A stretch of 64,000 nucleotides of DNA from a bacterium (GTDB lineage Bacteria; UBA8248): NCBI GenBank assembly GCA_963692865.2, contig OY843592.1, forward strand, positions 928,001-992,000, read 5' to 3'. Below the pieces are notes generated by a model. It ran no database searches. It worked only from the letters and a program-made list of their open reading frames with translations, and was not told the origin of the DNA. The position numbers and the translations under genes are program-made. This document shows positions 59,450-64,000 of this stretch, in pieces; position 1 is the stretch's first letter, and each line of letters starts with the position of its first letter.

Positions 59450-60843
59450 GCTTTTTCTGGCCCTATACCGAATAGTAACCCTGTCTTGCGAACCACCACT
59501 GAAAACCTTAAGTGGCGGTTCGGCTAGGCGAGTATTTACATCTACGACACCGAGACTTTCGGGCGAATAGGATGCTAGACCGTAACAGTTGTCAAGCACT
59601 TGTGGGGCGGGCTTTGAAGAGCGCGCTCCGACAAGGGTAAACGTTCGCTGGTGGGGTGATAATGGCGTAAGACCTGGAGGCGGTTATTGGTATAGCACGG
59701 CGTATTCGGTTTGTGTTGGCGAATTCTTGATGCTCATCACCTCGCGACTGAACGGATACCTACAGGGACTCGCCAGGGTACGCAGGGGTTTGAATTCGCC
59801 CGCTTCCGTTTTGATTACTTTCAGCAAAAGGGCAGTTTTGAGCGAGATCGGAAAGAATGAAACTTTCTAAAGAATTTCAACAAACTACAAGGATTCAACC
59901 GCCGTTGAAAATCCCCTACTGTCTATAAACGGGCGGAAGATGCGAGAGGTGCTCGATGTCCTCTGCTACTTGCACCTGCCTTACTACGTACAGCACCTTG
60001 TCGATAATTCGGACATTCCGCGCGATGTTTTCACGGGGAAGGTTACCGGGGTCGGAGTTGATAAGCCTGATCCAGGGGAATCCTCCCCGCTCAGTACCTC
60101 GACTCGCCTGATCATCGTCTCGTCGCCCTCGAAAAGTAGGAATGTCCCACCTAGCTTAAATCTGCCGACCAACCATCTTGATGAAGCTACCTTCAATTTG
60201 CGAATATTTCCACTGAATTAGTCGCCGGGGTCTGGTCAAAGAAACCAAGAGCCTTATCAGCGGAGTGCGCAATGACAACTTTAAAGCTGGTATAGAATCG
60301 TCGTTTCCCCTAGATGCCTGCCGGGGACTGGCATGACTGGTACGAATCGCGAGTGAGTTGCACACGACAGTTCTTGCCACATGGCCGAGCCGTAGATATC
60401 GATTGAAACGTCTCGGGTAACGAATCTAGACAGCGTATCTGCCGGTTCTAAGACTCCCTTCATGACGTGCCAACGCACGCAAAAGCCGAGCGTTCCCATC
60501 ACCGTAACGCCCAGTAAAGGGTATTCAATGGAGATGAATCTCACCGTCGTTCTGATTGCGGCGGTCTGTTTCGGTCTCATATGACTTTGGCAATCGATAC
60601 CAACGGTATTTTGAAATTGATGGGAACATTGGTCGGAGTGAGTATCCGAACGTCTTTGTCGATAAATACATTGAAGCGCGCTCACATCAAAGGCAAGCGG
60701 CATCCCGTCGTCATGATCGAGGCGGGAAGCCTAGAAAGTCGAATTTCGAGTGAAGCCGCCCCGGTTCTGAGATTTTCCCGGGGGTGTCCGGCTCCTTCCG
60801 CTCCCCGGCGGGAGGGGCGGCGCCCGCTTCTTGCGGGGACGCC

Positions 60844-62166
60844 TCAGCGCACGATTGTCCCGGCGACGTCCGGTTTGCGTATCTCGAGGCGATCCTTCAT
60901 GCAGATGTCATGGGCGGCGTTGACGAACACGTGGGCGCCCTTTGTGAGATCATGGACCGATGCGTGCTCTCCCTCCTTCGGGTAGTAGCCCGTGCCGCCG
61001 CCGCTGGCGCGTCCCTGGGGGCCGTAGCAGATCGCCGGGATCCCGGCGCGGGTCAGCGGCGCGGTGTCGGCGTACCAGCCGTCCCAGGTGATCTCGGGGC
61101 GCTCGCCCCAGACGAGGTCGTGCGAGGCGGAGATGCTGCGCACCACGTATTCCTCGGGCGATATTTCGGCCGCGTACGCCGTCTGGATGACCTGAAGCTC
61201 GATCTCCATGGCGGGGTCCTGCTCCCGCAGCCCCCGGATGACCTGACCCACTTCGGCGATGATATCGCCGTGCAGCTGGCCCGGCATCATCCCGACTTCC
61301 AGATAGAGCCGGCAGAAGCACGGCAGCTTGCTCGCCCGGAACGGATGCCCCCCTTCGATGGCGATGATGTTGACGTTTCCGGCCTGCTCCCCCTTGTAGC
61401 GGGTCCTGCTCAGGTAGTCCTTGCCCCAGCTCTTGAGGGCGGGAATGGCGTTCAGCATCTTCTCGATGGCGTCTTCGCCGGGCTTGATCTTCACCGTGGA
61501 GCCGCCGCGGGCGTAGGTGGCGGCCGGGTTGCCCCGGGTCATGAGTTCCATGAACACGTACCCGCCCGTGGCCACCGATATCCGGTTGGACGTCGGCTCG
61601 GGTATGACCACCATGTCGGCGGTGATGCCGTTGTTGACCATGAAGCGGGCGCCGATTCCGCAGCCCCGGTAGCGCTTGCCCTGGTAGCGCCCCACCGGCG
61701 TGTGGCAGGTCTCGCCGACGACGCCGGCGATCATCAGGTTGCCGCGCAGCTTCGCCTTGGAGCGGGCCATGGCCTCCACGGCGAGGATGGCCGACGCGTG
61801 ACCGCTCTTCATGTTGTAGGTGCCCATGCCGTAGATCCACTCGCCCTCGCGCCAGGATTTCGGCTGATATCCCGGCCCGAGATCGCGAATGCCCTCCTCA
61901 TCGCCGCCGTAGGTCGTGTCCAGGTGGCCGCAGTACATCAGGGTAGGGCCGTCGCCCGTGCCCTCGATCTGGCCGTAGACGTTATATCGATCCGGCTCGA
62001 CCTCCTGCATCCAGGTCTGCAGGCCCGCCGCCCGGAAACGGTCGGCGAGATATTCGGCGAGCGCCTTCTCGCCGCCCATGGGGCTCGGGATGTCGACCAT
62101 CTCCATGGTCAACTGGGATATGGCTTCCTCGTCGACGTATGCCAGGGCGTCTTCGACCATGCTCAT
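60844..62166 (-). CDS. M20-family (ArgE/DapE-like) metallopeptidase/deacylase
   Basis: GHLDT, IYGMG.YNMKSG, VVGE, PEPT, GP...E; start uncertain (ORF open to 62205). Confidence 0.85.
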   Translation of the reverse strand: MSMVEDALAYVDEEAISQLTMEMVDIPSPMGGEKALAEYLADRFRAAGLQTWMQEVEPDRYNVYGQIEGTGDGPTLMYCGHLDTTYGGDEEGIRDLGPGYQPKSWREGEWIYGMGTYNMKSGHASAILAVEAMARSKAKLRGNLMIAGVVGETCHTPVGRYQGKRYRGCGIGARFMVNNGITADMVVIPEPTSNRISVATGGYVFMELMTRGNPAATYARGGSTVKIKPGEDAIEKMLNAIPALKSWGKDYLSRTRYKGEQAGNVNIIAIEGGHPFRASKLPCFCRLYLEVGMMPGQLHGDIIAEVGQVIRGLREQDPAMEIELQVIQTAYAAEISPEEYVVRSISASHDLVWGERPEITWDGWYADTAPLTRAGIPAICYGPQGRASGGGTGYYPKEGEHASVHDLTKGAHVFVNAAHDICMKDRLEIRKPDVAGTIVR

Positions 62167-62241
62167 CGTTCGTCCCTCCTCGGTGCGAGTGATCAGCGGG
62201 TCCACGGGCGTCTCGGCTCTCGTGGCATAAATTTCGAGTGA

Positions 62242-62961
62242 TTACATGCCAAGGTACATCTGGCGAATGTTCGGGTCAAGTAAAAGCTCTGCAGAGTCTC
62301 CCTCGCGGCGATTCCGGCCCATGTCCAGCACATATCCCCGGTCGGAATTTTCCAGGGCCTTGGCCGAGTTCTGCTCCACGACCAGGATCGACACGCCGTC
62401 GCGGTGAATCCGTTCGATGCTTTCGAAGATGGTATCCATCACTGTGGGCGCGAGTCCGATCGTCGGCTCGTCGAGCAGGATGAGGGTCGGTCTGGTCACC
62501 ATGGCCATCCCGAAGCTGAGCATTTGCCGCTGGCCGCCGCTGAGGGTCCGGGCCTTGCTACTCTCCTTCTCCTTCAGGACGGGGAACAGGCCGAATACCC
62601 CCTCGCGCCCGCGGCGCCGCTCCTCGGCGTCGCCCACCGTCCAGGCGCCAAGGTTGAGGTGCTCGCTCACCGTCATCTGGGGGAAGATGTTGCGCCCCTG
62701 GGGGCAATACGCGACCCCGTGCTGGATGATCAGGTGCGGCTCGATCCCGGTGATGTCCTCTCCCTCTAGGACGACCTTCCCCTCCGTCGGCTTCAGGTAG
62801 CCCAGGATGGTCAGCAGCACGGTGGACTTGCCGGCGCCGTTCGGCCCGATGAGGGCGATCGTCTCGCCGCGGCTGACTTCGAGCGAGACGCCGTGCAGGA
62901 TTTGCTTCTTGCCGTAGCCGGAGACGATTCCCTCGACCTTCAGCAGCGTATCCCCGGCCAT
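62242..62961 (-). CDS. Branched-chain amino acid ABC ATPase (LivF-like)
   Basis: GPNGAGKS, LSGGQ, LLDEP, VEQN. Confidence 0.9.
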   Translation of the reverse strand: MAGDTLLKVEGIVSGYGKKQILHGVSLEVSRGETIALIGPNGAGKSTVLLTILGYLKPTEGKVVLEGEDITGIEPHLIIQHGVAYCPQGRNIFPQMTVSEHLNLGAWTVGDAEERRRGREGVFGLFPVLKEKESSKARTLSGGQRQMLSFGMAMVTRPTLILLDEPTIGLAPTVMDTIFESIERIHRDGVSILVVEQNSAKALENSDRGYVLDMGRNRREGDSAELLLDPNIRQMYLGM

Positions 62962-62964
62962 GGC

Positions 62965-63672
62965 TCAAGCTCCGAAATAGGCGGTGAGGACCGCCTCGTC
63001 GCGCCGGACTTCGTCCGGCGTTCCTTCGGCGATCTTCTCCCCCATGCTCAGGACGACGACGCGTTCGCAATTGTTCATGATCACGTCCATGTTGTGCTCG
63101 ATGATCAGAAAGGTTCTGCCACCCTCGTTCAGGTAATGGATCAGTTCCAGCAGTTTCTTCTGCATGACGGGACTGACGCCGGCGGCCGGCTCGTCGAGCA
63201 GGATCAGCCCGGGATCGAGCATCAGTACCTGGATGATCGAGAGCAGGCGTTGCTGGCCGAAGGAGAGGTCGCTCGCGTATTCGTCGCGCACCTCGTCCAG
63301 GCCGACGAACTCGAGAAGTTCATGGGCCCTGTCGTTCGCGACGGTGTTTCGCGTCGGCAGGGTGACGTTCTCAAGCAGCGTCATCTTGGGGAAGATCCGC
63401 GTCACCTGGAAGGTGCGGCCGATGCCCTTGCGGGCGATCTGGTAGGGGGGCAGACCCGTCACGTTCTCTCCGCGGTAGTGGATGCGCCCGCCGTCGAGCG
63501 GCAGATACCCCACGATGGTATTGAACAAGGTCGTCTTGCCGGAGCCGTTGGGGCCGATCAGGCCGACGATCTCGCCCTCCCCGACGGAAAAGCCGCACCC
63601 GGCGAGCGCATGGACGCCCCCGAAGCTTTTCCGGACGTCATGGATATCGAGGATCGGCCTGTCGGCGGTCAT
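62965..63672 (-). CDS. Branched-chain amino acid ABC ATPase (LivG-like)
   Basis: GPNGSGKT, RTFQ, LSFGQ, LDEPAAG, IEHNM. Confidence 0.9.
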   Translation of the reverse strand: MTADRPILDIHDVRKSFGGVHALAGCGFSVGEGEIVGLIGPNGSGKTTLFNTIVGYLPLDGGRIHYRGENVTGLPPYQIARKGIGRTFQVTRIFPKMTLLENVTLPTRNTVANDRAHELLEFVGLDEVRDEYASDLSFGQQRLLSIIQVLMLDPGLILLDEPAAGVSPVMQKKLLELIHYLNEGGRTFLIIEHNMDVIMNNCERVVVLSMGEKIAEGTPDEVRRDEAVLTAYFGA

Positions 63673-63733
63673 GCTGCTCCCCCGGATGGGCGCAAGCGGT
63701 TTCCCGCGCCGCGGCGGGCTTTCGCCTTCATCG

Positions 63734-64000
63734 TCAGATCCACCTCGTTTTCGACAGAATCCCCATCTCCTTGAGACGGACCAGAACGCCGTCGGGCATC
63801 CAGATGACCAGGCAGACCATAACGAGACCGAAGACGGTGATGTTGGCCTGGCCCAGGTGCAGCCAGACGTAGTCGCTGATGAGCTGGAGCGTGAAGGCGC
63901 CGATCACCGCGCCGAGGACGGTTCCCAGCCCGCCGAACATGGCCATCACGATGGACAGCATGGTGTACTTGATGTCGAAAGCCGCGAACGGTTCGATGTA
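63734..64000 (-). CDS. Branched-chain amino acid ABC permease (LivM-like), partial
   Basis: 'FGGLGTVLGAVIGA' and 'MPDG' C-terminus; runs off the window edge. Confidence 0.85.
   Translation of the reverse strand, partial: YIEPFAAFDIKYTMLSIVMAMFGGLGTVLGAVIGAFTLQLISDYVWLHLGQANITVFGLVMVCLVIWMPDGVLVRLKEMGILSKTRWI

Noticed and set aside
59782-59808. tRNA 3'-end-like string GCAGGGGTTTGAATTCGCCCGCTTCCG as a possible att remnant
   Set aside because: The T-arm does not pair properly and there is no cloverleaf; too degenerate to call without tRNAscan or a genome comparison.
60742-62241. 12-bp direct repeat AATTTCGAGTGA on either side of the M20 gene
   Set aside because: Short enough to occur by chance; no TIRs, and the gene fits the adjacent ABC operon.

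Overview
GC-rich bacterial chromosomal window. The catabolic gene load, secreted ankyrin protein and PAC2 protein are compatible with a host-associated marine symbiont, but that is inference only. About 50 CDS are supportable. Most are catabolic or housekeeping: luciferase-like monooxygenase, XDH-family Mo subunit, GGT, hydantoinase/oxoprolinase A+B, uvrA, dinB, lexA, RlmD-like methyltransferase, crotonases, TPP enzyme, acyl-CoA ligase, PrpD, pncA, thrB, SDRs, haloalkane dehalogenase-like, M20 peptidase and a Liv-type ABC transporter. Defence and accessory patches are: an Mrr-like nuclease plus Type IIG R-M (10.7-16.1 kb), a XamI-family R-M wedged between lexA and dinB, HipBA with three operators, and an IS256-truncated ankyrin gene next to AbiEi/AbiEii and decayed DNA (54.7-60.8 kb). 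The most unusual signal is non-coding. (1) A family of small elements shares GG(C/T)TGTTGAAAA terminal inverted repeats; two have clear 8-9 bp target duplications, and each wraps a different set of REP-like palindromes. (2) An AT-rich modular repeat with roughly 10-bp periodicity occurs twice. (3) Two pairs of direct repeats bracket accessory genes. No rRNA, intact tRNA or CRISPR array was seen. All protein calls come from motif recognition, not database searches.
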